Shown here: in pieces, positions 28,459 through 37,976 of the stretch
Position numbering within the stretch: the first letter of the stretch is position 1
How the letters are laid out: every line of letters starts with the position of its first letter
Assembly: GCA_049522915.1 (NCBI GenBank)
Contig: JBEKNK010000001.1
Span: forward strand, 4,052-68,051
Direction of reading: 5' to 3'
Source: Solirubrobacteraceae bacterium
GTDB taxonomy: Bacteria; Actinomycetota; Thermoleophilia; Solirubrobacterales; Solirubrobacteraceae
Length of the DNA stretch: 64,000 bases
Made by a program: the position numbers and the translations under genes
Notes under the pieces: generated by a model
Told to the model about the DNA's origin: nothing
What the model saw: the letters and a program-made list of their open reading frames with translations, nothing else
Databases searched by the model: none

Positions 28459-29826
28459 GTGGCGCTCGACCCCGACATCTTCAAGGCCTACGACATCCGC
28501 GGCCTCTACGGATCCCAGATCGACGGCGAGGCCGCCGAGCAGATCGGCCGCGCGTTCGCGCGCGTCCTCGGCGGCCTGGCCGGCAAACCGACGAACGAGC
28601 TGCGCGTCGCGCTCGGGCACGACATGCGCCTGACCGCGCCCGAGCTGCACGCCCGCTACCGCGGCGGCCTGATCGCCGAGGGCGCCCACGTGCTGGACGC
28701 CGGCCAGGTCGCGACCGAGGTCGTCTACTTCCTGATCGGCTCGATGGAGCTCGACGGCGGCCTGATCTGCACCGCCTCGCACAACCCGAAGGCCTACACG
28801 GGCGCGAAGCTGATCCGCGAGGGCGCGATGGCGCTGTCGGGCGAAACCGGCATCGACGACGTCCGCGACCTGATCGCGGCGGGCCTGCCCGACCCCCCGG
28901 GCGGTGGTCGCGCCGAGACCGTGGAGTGGGGTGAGCGCTTCCGCGCCGACGTGACGGCGTTCGTTGACCCAGCCGCCGTAGGCGGCCTGAAAGTCGTTCT
29001 TGACGGCGGCAACGGCATGGCGGGACCGACGATCGGGCCGATCCTCGAGCGGATGGATCTGCAGCTGGTCCCGACCTACTGGACGCCCGACGGCAACTTC
29101 CCCGGCCACGAGCCCAACCCGCTGCTGCCGGAGAACCGTGAGCTGGTGATCGCCGCGGTGCGCGACAGCGGCGCCGATCTGGGCATCGCCTTCGACGGCG
29201 ACGCCGACCGCTGCTTCTTCATCGACGAGACGGGCGAGTTCATCGCCGGGGACTTCATCACCGCGCTGCTCGCCGGCTCGCTGCTGCGCACCCACCCGGG
29301 GGCCGCGATCCTCTACGACCTGCGCGCCAGCCGCGCGGTCGCCGACACCGTGACGGCGGCGGGCGGGCACGCCTTCCGCAACCGCGTCGGCCACGCCTTC
29401 TTCAAGCGGCGGATGCGCGAGGAGGGCTCGCTGTTCGGCGGCGAGGTCTCCGGCCACTACTACTTCCACGACTTCTACTGCGCCGACTCCGGCACGATCC
29501 CGGCGCTGCTGATGCTCGAGCTGCGCTCGCGCGAGGGCCGTCCGCTGTCGCAGCTGCTGGCGCCCTTTCGCGAGCGCTACTTCATCTCCGGCGAGATCAA
29601 CAGCGAGGTCGCCGACCCGGCCGCGAAGCTCGCGGAGATCAGCGAGCGCTACGCCGACGCGCGCCAGGACACGCTCGACGGGATCTCGATCGACTACGAC
29701 GACTGGCACTTCAACGTGCGGATGTCCAACACCGAGCCGCTGCTGCGCCTGTGCCTGGAGTCACTCCTGTCCCCGCAGGACATGGAGCGCCGGCGCGACG
29801 AGGTGCTGGCGCTGATCCGGAGCTGA
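28459..29826 (+). CDS. phosphomannomutase/phosphoglucomutase
   Basis: FKAYDIRG, active-site TASHNPKAYTG, FDGDADR, GGEVSGHYYF. In-frame GTG start chosen. Confidence 0.9.
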   Translation: MALDPDIFKAYDIRGLYGSQIDGEAAEQIGRAFARVLGGLAGKPTNELRVALGHDMRLTAPELHARYRGGLIAEGAHVLDAGQVATEVVYFLIGSMELDGGLICTASHNPKAYTGAKLIREGAMALSGETGIDDVRDLIAAGLPDPPGGGRAETVEWGERFRADVTAFVDPAAVGGLKVVLDGGNGMAGPTIGPILERMDLQLVPTYWTPDGNFPGHEPNPLLPENRELVIAAVRDSGADLGIAFDGDADRCFFIDETGEFIAGDFITALLAGSLLRTHPGAAILYDLRASRAVADTVTAAGGHAFRNRVGHAFFKRRMREEGSLFGGEVSGHYYFHDFYCADSGTIPALLMLELRSREGRPLSQLLAPFRERYFISGEINSEVADPAAKLAEISERYADARQDTLDGISIDYDDWHFNVRMSNTEPLLRLCLESLLSPQDMERRRDEVLALIRS

Positions 29827-29838
29827 TTGCCTTTTAGG

Positions 29839-29856
29839 CGACCGCTATAGCGGTCG
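29839..29856. terminator. palindromic hairpin between convergent genes
   Basis: CGACCGC-TATA-GCGGTCG spans the rpiB stop codon, 13 nt after the PMM stop. Confidence 0.45.
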
Positions 29857-30303
29857 ATCGTCGACACGGTCGAGTTCGGCGAGGTGCTCGAGGTTCGCGA
29901 GATCGCTGTCCAGCGCGCTTGGCTCAGTCTCGAACCAGGCGTCGAGGATCTCGCCGAGCACGCCCTCACCGACCGCGCGCAGGCTCAGCGCCAGCACGTT
30001 GGCGTCGTTCCAGCGCCGTGCCCCGGCGGCCGTGACCGCGTCGGCGCAGAGCGCCGCCCGCACGCCGGCGACCTTGTTCGCGGCGATCGCCGCGCCCGTG
30101 CCGGTCCAGCAGCAGACGATCGCCTGCTCGGCCCGGCCGGCCGCCACGTCGCGCGCCGCGGCGACCGATCCGAACGCCCAGTCGGGGCGCTCACCCTGCG
30201 CCAGCGCGCCGTGGGCGATCGCGACGTGCCCGCGCTCGGTCAGCTCCTCGAGCAGGAACTGCGCGAGCGCCGAGCGCTCGTCCGCGGCGACCGCGATCCG
30301 CAC
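29845..30303 (-). CDS. rpiB: ribose-5-phosphate isomerase B (RpiB/LacAB family)
   Basis: VRIAVAADE..., CCWTGTGAAIAANKVAGVRAA motif. 152 aa from GTG 30303. Confidence 0.8.
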   Translation of the reverse strand: MRIAVAADERSALAQFLLEELTERGHVAIAHGALAQGERPDWAFGSVAAARDVAAGRAEQAIVCCWTGTGAAIAANKVAGVRAALCADAVTAAGARRWNDANVLALSLRAVGEGVLGEILDAWFETEPSALDSDLANLEHLAELDRVDDRPL

Positions 30304-30313
30304 CGGCGAAGTA

Positions 30314-30856
30314 TCACAGCTGCTCCAGCAGCCAGCGATGCAGGCGGCGCTCGCCCGCCAGCTCGGGATGGAAGGCGACCGCGAGGATCCGCTGCGCGCG
30401 CACGGCGACGGCGTGCCCCTCGACGCTCGCCAGCACCTCGACGCCCGGCCCATGCTCGGCCACCCACGGGGCGCGGATGAAGACGGCGCGAAAGGGCTCC
30501 CCGAAGCCCGCCAGCGTGACCTCGCCCTCGAAGCTGCGCACCTGGCGCCCGAAGGCGTTTCGCTCGCAGCGCATGTCGAGTGAGCCGAGATGCTCGCGGT
30601 CGAGCATGATCATCCCGGCGCAGGTGGCGAGCACGGGCACGCGCGCGCAGAGCTCGACAAGCGGCGCCCGCAGCCGCTCGCGCTCGATCCCGAGCGTCAT
30701 CGTCGTCGACTCCCCGCCCGGCAGCACGAGCGCGTCCAGACCCTCGAGGTCGCCCGCCACGCGGACCTCGCGCACGCCCGCGCCGAGCTCGCGCAGGATC
30801 GCGCCGTGCGCCTCGAAGTCGCCCTGGAGGGCGAGCACGCCGACCTCGCCGGCCAC
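30314..30856 (-). CDS. pdxT: pyridoxal 5'-phosphate synthase glutaminase subunit PdxT
   Basis: VGVLALQGDFEAH, GGESTT, ATCAGMI, FHPEL. Confidence 0.9.
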   Translation of the reverse strand: MAGEVGVLALQGDFEAHGAILRELGAGVREVRVAGDLEGLDALVLPGGESTTMTLGIERERLRAPLVELCARVPVLATCAGMIMLDREHLGSLDMRCERNAFGRQVRSFEGEVTLAGFGEPFRAVFIRAPWVAEHGPGVEVLASVEGHAVAVRAQRILAVAFHPELAGERRLHRWLLEQL

Positions 30857-30865
30857 GGCGGCGTC

Positions 30866-31750
30866 CTACCAGCCGCGCTGGGAGAGCAGCTGCTCGTCGG
30901 GCAGCTTGCGCGACTCGATGCTGGTCATCGCGCCGCCGAGGCCCTCGGACGCCGCGGCGACCCGTTCGGCGTCGGCGAAGTTCGTCGTCGCGTCGACGAT
31001 CGCAGCCGCGCGCGCCGCCGGGTCCTCGGACTTGAAGATCCCCGATCCGACGAACACCCCCTCGGCCCCGAGCTGCATCACCAGCGACGCGTCGGCGGGC
31101 GTGGCGATACCGCCGGCGCAGAACATGACGACCGGCAGGCGTCCCGCGGCGGCCACCGCGCGCACCAGCTCGAGCGGCGCCGACAGGTCCTTCGCGGCGC
31201 TCGGCAGCTCCTCCTCGCGCAACCCCCGCAGACGGCGGATCTCGCCGCCGATCGAGCGCAGGTGACGGACCGCCTCGACGATGTCGCCCGTACCGGCCTC
31301 GCCCTTGGAGCGGATCATCGCCGCGCCCTCGGCGATGCGTCGCAGCGCCTCCCCGAGGTTCGTGGCGCCGCAGACGAAGGGCACGCGGAAGCGCGACTTG
31401 TCGATGTGGTTGGCCTCGTCGGCGGGCGTCAGGACCTCGGACTCGTCGATGTAGTCGACCTCGAGCGCCTGCAGCACCTGCGCCTCGGCGAAGTGGCCGA
31501 TGCGGGCCTTCGCCATCACCGGGATCGAGACCGACTGCTGGATCGCGCGGATCATCGCGGGGTCGGACATCCGCGCGACGCCGCCGTCGCGGCGGATGTC
31601 GGAGGGCACGCGCTCCAGCGCCATCACCGCGCAGGCGCCCGCCTCCTCGGCGATCCGCGCCTGCTCCGGCGTGACCACGTCCATGATCACGCCGCCCTTG
31701 AGCATCTCGGCCAAGCCGGCCTTGACGCGAAAAGTGGCCTCGTCATGCAT
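30866..31750 (-). CDS. pdxS: pyridoxal 5'-phosphate synthase lyase subunit PdxS
   Basis: [37 protein letters not shown]. Highly conserved throughout. Confidence 0.95.
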   Translation of the reverse strand: MHDEATFRVKAGLAEMLKGGVIMDVVTPEQARIAEEAGACAVMALERVPSDIRRDGGVARMSDPAMIRAIQQSVSIPVMAKARIGHFAEAQVLQALEVDYIDESEVLTPADEANHIDKSRFRVPFVCGATNLGEALRRIAEGAAMIRSKGEAGTGDIVEAVRHLRSIGGEIRRLRGLREEELPSAAKDLSAPLELVRAVAAAGRLPVVMFCAGGIATPADASLVMQLGAEGVFVGSGIFKSEDPAARAAAIVDATTNFADAERVAAASEGLGGAMTSIESRKLPDEQLLSQRGW

Positions 31751-31806
31751 CGCGATGAAGTCTACGCCGCGCCGCCCGCGGGGCGCAGGAATCCGGGGAC
31801 GGCGAG

Positions 31807-32691
31807 CTACTTCAGCCGGAAGGCCTTGATGCGGTCGGCGTACTGCTCCTCATCGCGCGAGTAGACGCCGTAGGCGATCGCCTGCAGCATGCTCAGCAGC
31901 GCCGTGTGCGAGCGGACGTAGGCGGGGCTGTTGGAGGAGTAGTAGAGCTTGATCTGGGCGAGCTTGGCGACCTCTGAGAGCGTCGCGTCGGTGATCGCCA
32001 TCGTCAGCGCCTTGCGGTGGCGCGCCAGCTTCATTGCGCGCACGACGAGTGCGTGCGGGCGCCCGGCCGAGAGCGCGATCACGAGCGTGTCGCTGTCGAT
32101 TCGCCCGAGCCTGCTGAGGGCCTCCTGCGATGGGCTGGCGACCAGCTCGGCGCGCAGATCGAGCAGCATCAGCAGGTGGCGCAGGTAGCTCGCGAAGAAC
32201 GCCATCTGGTCGGTCCCGGCGATGACGATGCGGTCCGCGGAGGCGATCGCGGCGATCGCTCGATCGACGGTCGCGCGGCTGGCCTTGCGCGCGCTCTCCT
32301 CGACGTTCGCGTAGTCGGCCGCGATCGAGGTCTCGAACTCCGTGCGCTCGATCGAGAAGAGCGGCGAGGAGGACTCCGCCTGCGCGCCGTGGGCGCGCTT
32401 GTATTCCTCCCGCGCGGCGCGCTGCAGCTCGGGGAAGCCCTCGAAGCCGAGCGCCTGGGAGAAGCGCACGACCGTGGAGCTCGAGGTGTTCGCCCGGCGG
32501 GCGAGTTCCTCGGCCGTCTGGAACGCGGCCTCGTCGAGGTGGTCGATGATGTACTGGGCGACGTCCTTCTGGGAGCGCGAGCACTCCTCGAAGCGCGACT
32601 GGATATAGCTCGAGAGCGTCTGCGGCTCCGGGCCCGGGACGGTCGCTGCGGCGGTCTCCCCTGCTGGTCTCTTCATCAGTGTCGTTGTCAT
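31807..32691 (-). CDS. MurR/RpiR family transcriptional regulator
   Basis: HTH_6 region ([11 protein letters not shown]...[27 protein letters not shown]) plus a SIS domain. Only the 3' third of the 780-aa track ORF is credible; the start may be 32691 or 32676. Confidence 0.8.
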   Translation of the reverse strand: MTTTLMKRPAGETAAATVPGPEPQTLSSYIQSRFEECSRSQKDVAQYIIDHLDEAAFQTAEELARRANTSSSTVVRFSQALGFEGFPELQRAAREEYKRAHGAQAESSSPLFSIERTEFETSIAADYANVEESARKASRATVDRAIAAIASADRIVIAGTDQMAFFASYLRHLLMLLDLRAELVASPSQEALSRLGRIDSDTLVIALSAGRPHALVVRAMKLARHRKALTMAITDATLSEVAKLAQIKLYYSSNSPAYVRSHTALLSMLQAIAYGVYSRDEEQYADRIKAFRLK

Positions 32692-32835
32692 TCGACGGTC
32701 CGTTTCCCACTTCCTCCAAAGGTGGACTTGATCCGTGGTCGTGACAACCACGTAACTACGCTTCGAGACGATGGTTCGCCGCGCCGGCCCACTCCCCTGC
32801 ATGGAGACCACACGCTCGTCCCGGGCGGTGCGCCG

Positions 32836-34074
32836 ATGAGGATCGCGATCGTCGGCGGCGGCGTCTCGGGCCTGGTCGCGGCGCAGGCGCTGCACGCCCG
32901 CCACGAGATCACGCTGTTCGAATCGGAGTCCCGCCTCGGCGGTCACACGAACACGGTCACGGTGGAGCGACCCAGCGGCACCTGGCATCTCGACACCGGC
33001 TTCATCGTGCTCAACGACCGCAACTACCCCCGGTTTCGCGAGCTGCTGGAGCGGGCCGGCGTCGCCGTCCAACCGACCCACATGGGTTTCTCGGTGTCCG
33101 GCGAGGACGAGGACTTCGAGTTCGCCGGCACGCCGCGCGGGGTGTTCTGCCAGCGAGCAAACATCGGCCGCAGGGCTTTCTGGCGGATGCTCGCCGACCT
33201 GCGGCGCTTCAACGCCGCGTTGCGCGAGATGCTGGCGCGGCCGGGCTCCGAAGAGCGCTCGCTCGCGCAGTTCGTCCGCGACGGCGGCTATTCGAACTGG
33301 TTCGTCGATCGCCTGATCGTGCCGCAGGCCTCCGCGGTCTGGTCGGCGGACCCGGCGGCGATGTGGAGCTTTCCGGTCGCCTTCCTCGCCGAGTTCTTCG
33401 CCAATCACGGCATGCTCGGCTTTCGCGACCGGCCGCGATGGCAGACGGTCGTCGGCGGATCGCGGCGCTACGTGGAGGCGCTGAGCAGGCCGTTCGCCGA
33501 CCGCATCCGTCTGGCCTCGCCGGTCCAGTCGCTGGCGCGCGAGCGCGACGGCGTGACGCTGCGCCTGCACGGCGGCGCGCAGCGCGAGCGCTTCGACGAG
33601 GTGATCCTCGCCTGCCACGCAGATCAGGCGCTCGCACTCCTGGAGGACGCCTCGGCGCCCGAGCGCGAGATCCTCGCGTCGTTCCCCTACCTGGCCAACG
33701 AGGCGCTCCTGCACACCGACAGCTCGCTGCTGCCGCGTCGGGCCGCCGCGCGCCAGGCATGGAATTACCACCTCTTCGCGCGACCGCGGCCGCTCAGCAC
33801 CGTCACCTACTACTGCAACCAGCTGCAGCGCCTGGACGCCCCGGAGGACTTCTGCGTGTCGCTGAACATGAGCGAGCGGATCGATCAGTCGAAGGTGATC
33901 GCCGGCTTCCGCTACGCGCACCCGGTCTTCACGCGCGCCGGCGTCGCGGCGCAGGCCCGCTGGGGCGAGATCTCGGGGGCCGGCCGGCGGACCCGCTACT
34001 GTGGGGCGTACTGGGGCTGGGGGTTCCACGAGGACGGCGTGGTCTCCGCGCTGCGAGCGGTGGAAGGACTGTGA
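32836..34074 (+). CDS. FAD/NAD(P)-binding oxidoreductase (amine-oxidase/desaturase-like)
   Basis: MRIAIVGGGVSGLVAAQAL...LFESESRLGGH dinucleotide-binding motif. 412 aa. Confidence 0.8.
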   Translation: MRIAIVGGGVSGLVAAQALHARHEITLFESESRLGGHTNTVTVERPSGTWHLDTGFIVLNDRNYPRFRELLERAGVAVQPTHMGFSVSGEDEDFEFAGTPRGVFCQRANIGRRAFWRMLADLRRFNAALREMLARPGSEERSLAQFVRDGGYSNWFVDRLIVPQASAVWSADPAAMWSFPVAFLAEFFANHGMLGFRDRPRWQTVVGGSRRYVEALSRPFADRIRLASPVQSLARERDGVTLRLHGGAQRERFDEVILACHADQALALLEDASAPEREILASFPYLANEALLHTDSSLLPRRAAARQAWNYHLFARPRPLSTVTYYCNQLQRLDAPEDFCVSLNMSERIDQSKVIAGFRYAHPVFTRAGVAAQARWGEISGAGRRTRYCGAYWGWGFHEDGVVSALRAVEGL

Positions 34075-34889
34075 TGGCAGCGAGCTGCGTCTACGAGGGC
34101 TGGGTGCGTCACCGCCGGCTCGGAGCGATCGCCCACGAGCTGCGGGCAAAGCTCTTCATGCTCTATCTCGACCTCGGTGAGCTGCCCGAGCTGTTCGACT
34201 CCTTCGTGCTCGCCTCCGCCCGCGGGCGGGCGCTGGCCGAGTTCCGCCGCAGCGACCACCTCGGCGATCCCCACAGGCCGCTCGAGGAGGAGATCCGCGA
34301 GCTGGTGGCGGCGCGCACGGGCGAGCGCCCGGCGGGCCCGATCCGTCTGCTGACGAACCTTCGCTACCTCGGGCACTGCTTCAACCCGGTGAGCTTCTAC
34401 TACTGCTTCGACGAGGGGGGCTCACGCGTGCAGACGATCGTCGCCGAGGTCACGAACACGCCGTGGGGTGAGCGGCACGCATACGTCCTTTCGCCCCCGG
34501 AGGGGCGTCCAGCCGCATCGGTTATGCGTGGACGCTTTGAAAAGGACTTCCATGTCTCCCCGTTCATGGGTATGGACCACACCTACGCGTGGCGCATGAC
34601 CGAGCCCGGCGAGCAGCTGATCGTGCAGATCGACAGCGAGCGCGACGAGCAGATCGTGTTCGATGCGACGCTCTGCATGTCGCGCCGCGAGCTGACGCCT
34701 GCGCGTCTGCGGTTCCTGCTGGCCCGCCACCCGCTGCTGACGCTGCGGATCGTGGTCCAGATCTACGCCAACGGGCTGCGGCTGGCGCTGCGGGGCGCAC
34801 GCTACTTTCCAAACCCGAGCGGGGCGCCGCTGCTGCGCCGCCCCGCTCGCGCACACGCTCGCGCCTCGCGTGAGGGGGCGTCGCGTTGA
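34074..34889 (+). CDS. DUF1365 family protein
   Basis: Y.G.V.H.R pattern (CVYEGWVRHRR), LGHCFNPVSFYYC, VSPFMGMD. The ATG shares its first base (34074) with the last base of the upstream TGA stop (TGATG). Confidence 0.8.
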   Translation: MAASCVYEGWVRHRRLGAIAHELRAKLFMLYLDLGELPELFDSFVLASARGRALAEFRRSDHLGDPHRPLEEEIRELVAARTGERPAGPIRLLTNLRYLGHCFNPVSFYYCFDEGGSRVQTIVAEVTNTPWGERHAYVLSPPEGRPAASVMRGRFEKDFHVSPFMGMDHTYAWRMTEPGEQLIVQIDSERDEQIVFDATLCMSRRELTPARLRFLLARHPLLTLRIVVQIYANGLRLALRGARYFPNPSGAPLLRRPARAHARASREGASR

Positions 34890-34932
34890 GGATCGCGCCA
34901 AACGCGCGCGAATCCGGCCGCCGTCGATCAGG

Positions 34933-34951
34933 CCCACTTGCTGGGTTTTTT
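34933..34951 (+). terminator. weak hairpin followed by a T6 tract
   Basis: CCCA-CTTGC-TGGG then TTTTTT, 45 nt after the DUF1365 stop. T-runs are very rare in this window. Confidence 0.3.
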
Positions 34952-35008
34952 GTTGCAGTTTGGAGGAGACCTCGTACATCCGTCGACGCTGGTTACAATC
35001 CTCCCCGG

Positions 35009-36406
35009 ATGGCACCAGGCGCGGGGCAGGGATCGAGAGGGCGCTGGATCGCGGTGGGTGCGGTCGCGATGGCGCTCCTGGCCGTCCCTGCAGCCGCCAC
35101 CGCCAGCCCCGTCAAGACCAGCCAGGCCCACGCCGCGTCGAGGACCGCGACGAGCATCCTGCACACGAAGGTTCCCGCGAAGGGCAAGTACCTCGTGATC
35201 GTGTGGGTGCGCTCGCGCGGCAAGCACTCGCGACTGGTCGAGGTCTACCTGCAGGGCCAGAAGGCGCGATCGGTTGTCGCCAACCCGTGGTGGGGCGCGG
35301 CCGTCTACTACACGCTCAACCTCTCGCCGACCGTCCTTGTGGTCCGCACCGTCAACGCCCCGCCGGCCGTGGCGATCCGCACGACCCTGACTCTGCGCCA
35401 GGCCGCGACCGGCAGCGCGCCGAAGACGCCGACGAGCTCCAACAGCGCGCCGCCGTCCACGACGTCAACGACGTCGCCGACCACGACCACCACCACGACC
35501 ACCACCACGCCTCCCGGCGGGAGCACGCCCCCCGTTTCGAGCGGCGCCTACACGGTCAACGTCTTCACCGACGACTTCGTGACGGACTACACGGCGGGCG
35601 GCAGTGCCCCCAACCAGCTCCCGAATCCCAAGTACTGGAACCTCGACAACTGGGGTGGCTGCGGCAGCAACGCGACGCCCAACACGGTCGGCGACACCCT
35701 CTCGACGAACAACACCGACGATGCCGGCGAGACCGGCTACGACGTGGACGGGTTCAATCCCGACCAGAGCGCGTACCTGACGCCCAACGGTCTCGCGATC
35801 ACCGCCGTCCGCAACCCGGCTGTGGCCGCCAACTCGCTGGCCGACAACACCTACATCTCGGCCCAGGTGGACAGCTCGGGACCGTCCGGCTTCTCCGCCC
35901 AGTACGGCGAGGTCGAGGCGAGCATCGACATGCCGTCGGCGCAGGGCCTCTGCCCAGGCTTCTGGATGCTCGGCGACAACAACATCGCGGGGTCCAACAT
36001 CCCGGGCGAGATCGACGTCGTCGAGGCGCCGACGTTCGGTGACGGACCGGGCAGCTCGTCGGACTACTTCGACCTCCACGGCACATCGGTCGACGGCACG
36101 ACACAGCAGTTCCAGGCCGAGATTCCGCAGGTCACTCCCGGCTTCCACACCTACGCGATCGTCTGGACCCCGACCTCGATGACCTGGGAGATCGACGGCG
36201 TCGCCTACGCCTACGCCGATCAGGCTGCGCTCGTAGCCGGCGCGTCCTGGGCCCCTGACTACTCCTACGGCAAGTTCCACCTGATTCTCGACCTGGCGGT
36301 CGGTGGCTGGTCCTGCGACTTCGGCGAGTGCGAGCCGAGCACCGCCCCTGCTCCCAGCTACACGATGTATGTGCAGTGGGTGAAGTGGCTACAGCTGCCG
36401 TCGTAG
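35009..36406 (+). CDS. secreted glycoside hydrolase family 16 protein (paralogue 1)
   Basis: Signal peptide, N-terminal small domain and a poly-Thr/Pro linker. GH16 catalytic strand GEIDVVEAP. C-terminal WEIDGVAY...ILDLAVGG. TACAAT at 34994-34999 lies just upstream of the ATG. Confidence 0.8.
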   Translation: MAPGAGQGSRGRWIAVGAVAMALLAVPAAATASPVKTSQAHAASRTATSILHTKVPAKGKYLVIVWVRSRGKHSRLVEVYLQGQKARSVVANPWWGAAVYYTLNLSPTVLVVRTVNAPPAVAIRTTLTLRQAATGSAPKTPTSSNSAPPSTTSTTSPTTTTTTTTTTPPGGSTPPVSSGAYTVNVFTDDFVTDYTAGGSAPNQLPNPKYWNLDNWGGCGSNATPNTVGDTLSTNNTDDAGETGYDVDGFNPDQSAYLTPNGLAITAVRNPAVAANSLADNTYISAQVDSSGPSGFSAQYGEVEASIDMPSAQGLCPGFWMLGDNNIAGSNIPGEIDVVEAPTFGDGPGSSSDYFDLHGTSVDGTTQQFQAEIPQVTPGFHTYAIVWTPTSMTWEIDGVAYAYADQAALVAGASWAPDYSYGKFHLILDLAVGGWSCDFGECEPSTAPAPSYTMYVQWVKWLQLPS

Positions 36407-36502
36407 TGATGATCGCCGGCACAAGCGGCGTTTCAGGCCCAGGTTTCTGGAAGACCCGCTAGCCCACTGAACCGCCGGCGGCCGGCCTGCGTAACAGACA
36501 TT

Positions 36503-37828
36503 GTGAGCGAGCGCATCGATCCGGCGGTGATTGCGCGTAGGGCCGTCGCGCGGCGGCCGCGACGGGCCCCAGCCGCCGCGGGCGCCATGGTCGTGGGCGC
36601 GCTCTCGCGGTTGGTGGTGCGGGCGCTGCTTCGGCGCACGCGGCACGGCACGCTGACGATCCTCGAGGACGGACAGAGCCAGACCTTCGGGCCGGCGGAC
36701 GCCGCCGGCCCGGCAGTCCTCGTGCTCGTCCACGACCGCCGCTTCTACCGCTCGCTGCTGCGAGGCTCACTCGGGGTCAGCGAGGCCTACACCGAAAGCT
36801 GGTTCGACTGCGCCGATCTGCCTGAGCTGGCTCGCCTCGCGGCGCTCAACATGCCGGCGCTCGACCGCTGGCGTCGCGCGGTCCGCCCGCTGGTCGCCGG
36901 CCCCCAGTCGGCGCTCAGCTGGTGCGCGCGAAACACCCCAAAACGCTCACGCCGGCGAGTCGCCGCGCATTACGACATCGGCAACGACCTCTTCAGTCTG
37001 ATGCTCGACGAGACGATGACCTATTCGTGCGCCATCTTCGAAGAGCCCGCGAGCTCGCTGCACCAGGCACAGCTCGCCAAGCTCGACCGCATCTGCCGCA
37101 AGCTGGAGCTGCGGCCCCAGGATCACGTGCTCGAGATCGGGAGCGGCTGGGGCGGCTTCGCGATCCACGCCGCATCGCACTATGGCTGTCGCGTCACGAC
37201 GACGACGCTCTCGGGGGAGCAGCGCCGGCTGGCGCAGGAGCGCATCGCGGCCGCGGGCCTGGACGATCGCGTGACCGTACTGCTGCAGGACTACCGCGAT
37301 CTGGAGGGCACGTTCGACAAGCTCGTTTCGATCGAGATGATCGAGGCGGTCGGGTGGCAGTACTTCGACACCTTCTTCGAGCGCTGCGCGGCCCTGCTGG
37401 CGCCCGACGGCGCGATGCTGCTGCAGGCCATAACGATCGACGAACGCGCCTACAACGTCGAGAAGTCCAAGCGAAGCTTCGCCAATACACACGTCTTCCC
37501 CGGCGGCTGCCTGCCGTCGCTCGGCGCCATCTCGCGCTCGGTGGCGCGCGTCACCGACATGCGCCCGATCCAGCTCGAGGACATCACGACGCACTACGTG
37601 CGCACGCTGCGGTGCTGGCGCGAGAACTTCCTCGCGCAGCTCGAACGGGTGCGCTCGCTCGGCTACGACGGCCGCTTCGCGCGGATGTGGGAGCTCTATC
37701 TCGCCTACTGCGAGGGTGGCTTCCGCGGCGGGCGGATCGGCAACGTGCAGCTGCTGCTGGCCAAACCGCAGTTCTCCCCGGCGAGCGGCGAGTCCGCCGG
37801 GGCGGGCGCCGGCGCCGGAGTCCCCTAG
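36503..37828 (+). CDS. cyclopropane-fatty-acyl-phospholipid synthase family methyltransferase
   Basis: AHYDIGNDLF, VLEIGSGWGGFA, MIEAVG, CEGGFR motifs. 441 aa. Confidence 0.85.
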   Translation: MSERIDPAVIARRAVARRPRRAPAAAGAMVVGALSRLVVRALLRRTRHGTLTILEDGQSQTFGPADAAGPAVLVLVHDRRFYRSLLRGSLGVSEAYTESWFDCADLPELARLAALNMPALDRWRRAVRPLVAGPQSALSWCARNTPKRSRRRVAAHYDIGNDLFSLMLDETMTYSCAIFEEPASSLHQAQLAKLDRICRKLELRPQDHVLEIGSGWGGFAIHAASHYGCRVTTTTLSGEQRRLAQERIAAAGLDDRVTVLLQDYRDLEGTFDKLVSIEMIEAVGWQYFDTFFERCAALLAPDGAMLLQAITIDERAYNVEKSKRSFANTHVFPGGCLPSLGAISRSVARVTDMRPIQLEDITTHYVRTLRCWRENFLAQLERVRSLGYDGRFARMWELYLAYCEGGFRGGRIGNVQLLLAKPQFSPASGESAGAGAGAGVP

Positions 37829-37976
37829 CCACGGCCGCCAGCCCACGTGCAGCCGCCGAGCCCGACCTCGGCGCGTGCGACACTGAAGGGGTGATCTGGA
37901 TGCTCGGCGGGCTCCACGGGAGGGTCCGGGGCGCGGTCCGCCGGCTCGCGAAGGCGATTCCCCGGGACCGGGGCCG

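Noticed and set aside
32692-34149. Upstream 486 codons of the 780-aa minus-strand ORF 31807-34149.
   Set aside because: Only the last ~294 codons show RpiR/MurR HTH+SIS features. The upstream part is antisense to the well-supported FAD-oxidoreductase gene and is Arg/Pro/Ala-rich nonsense.
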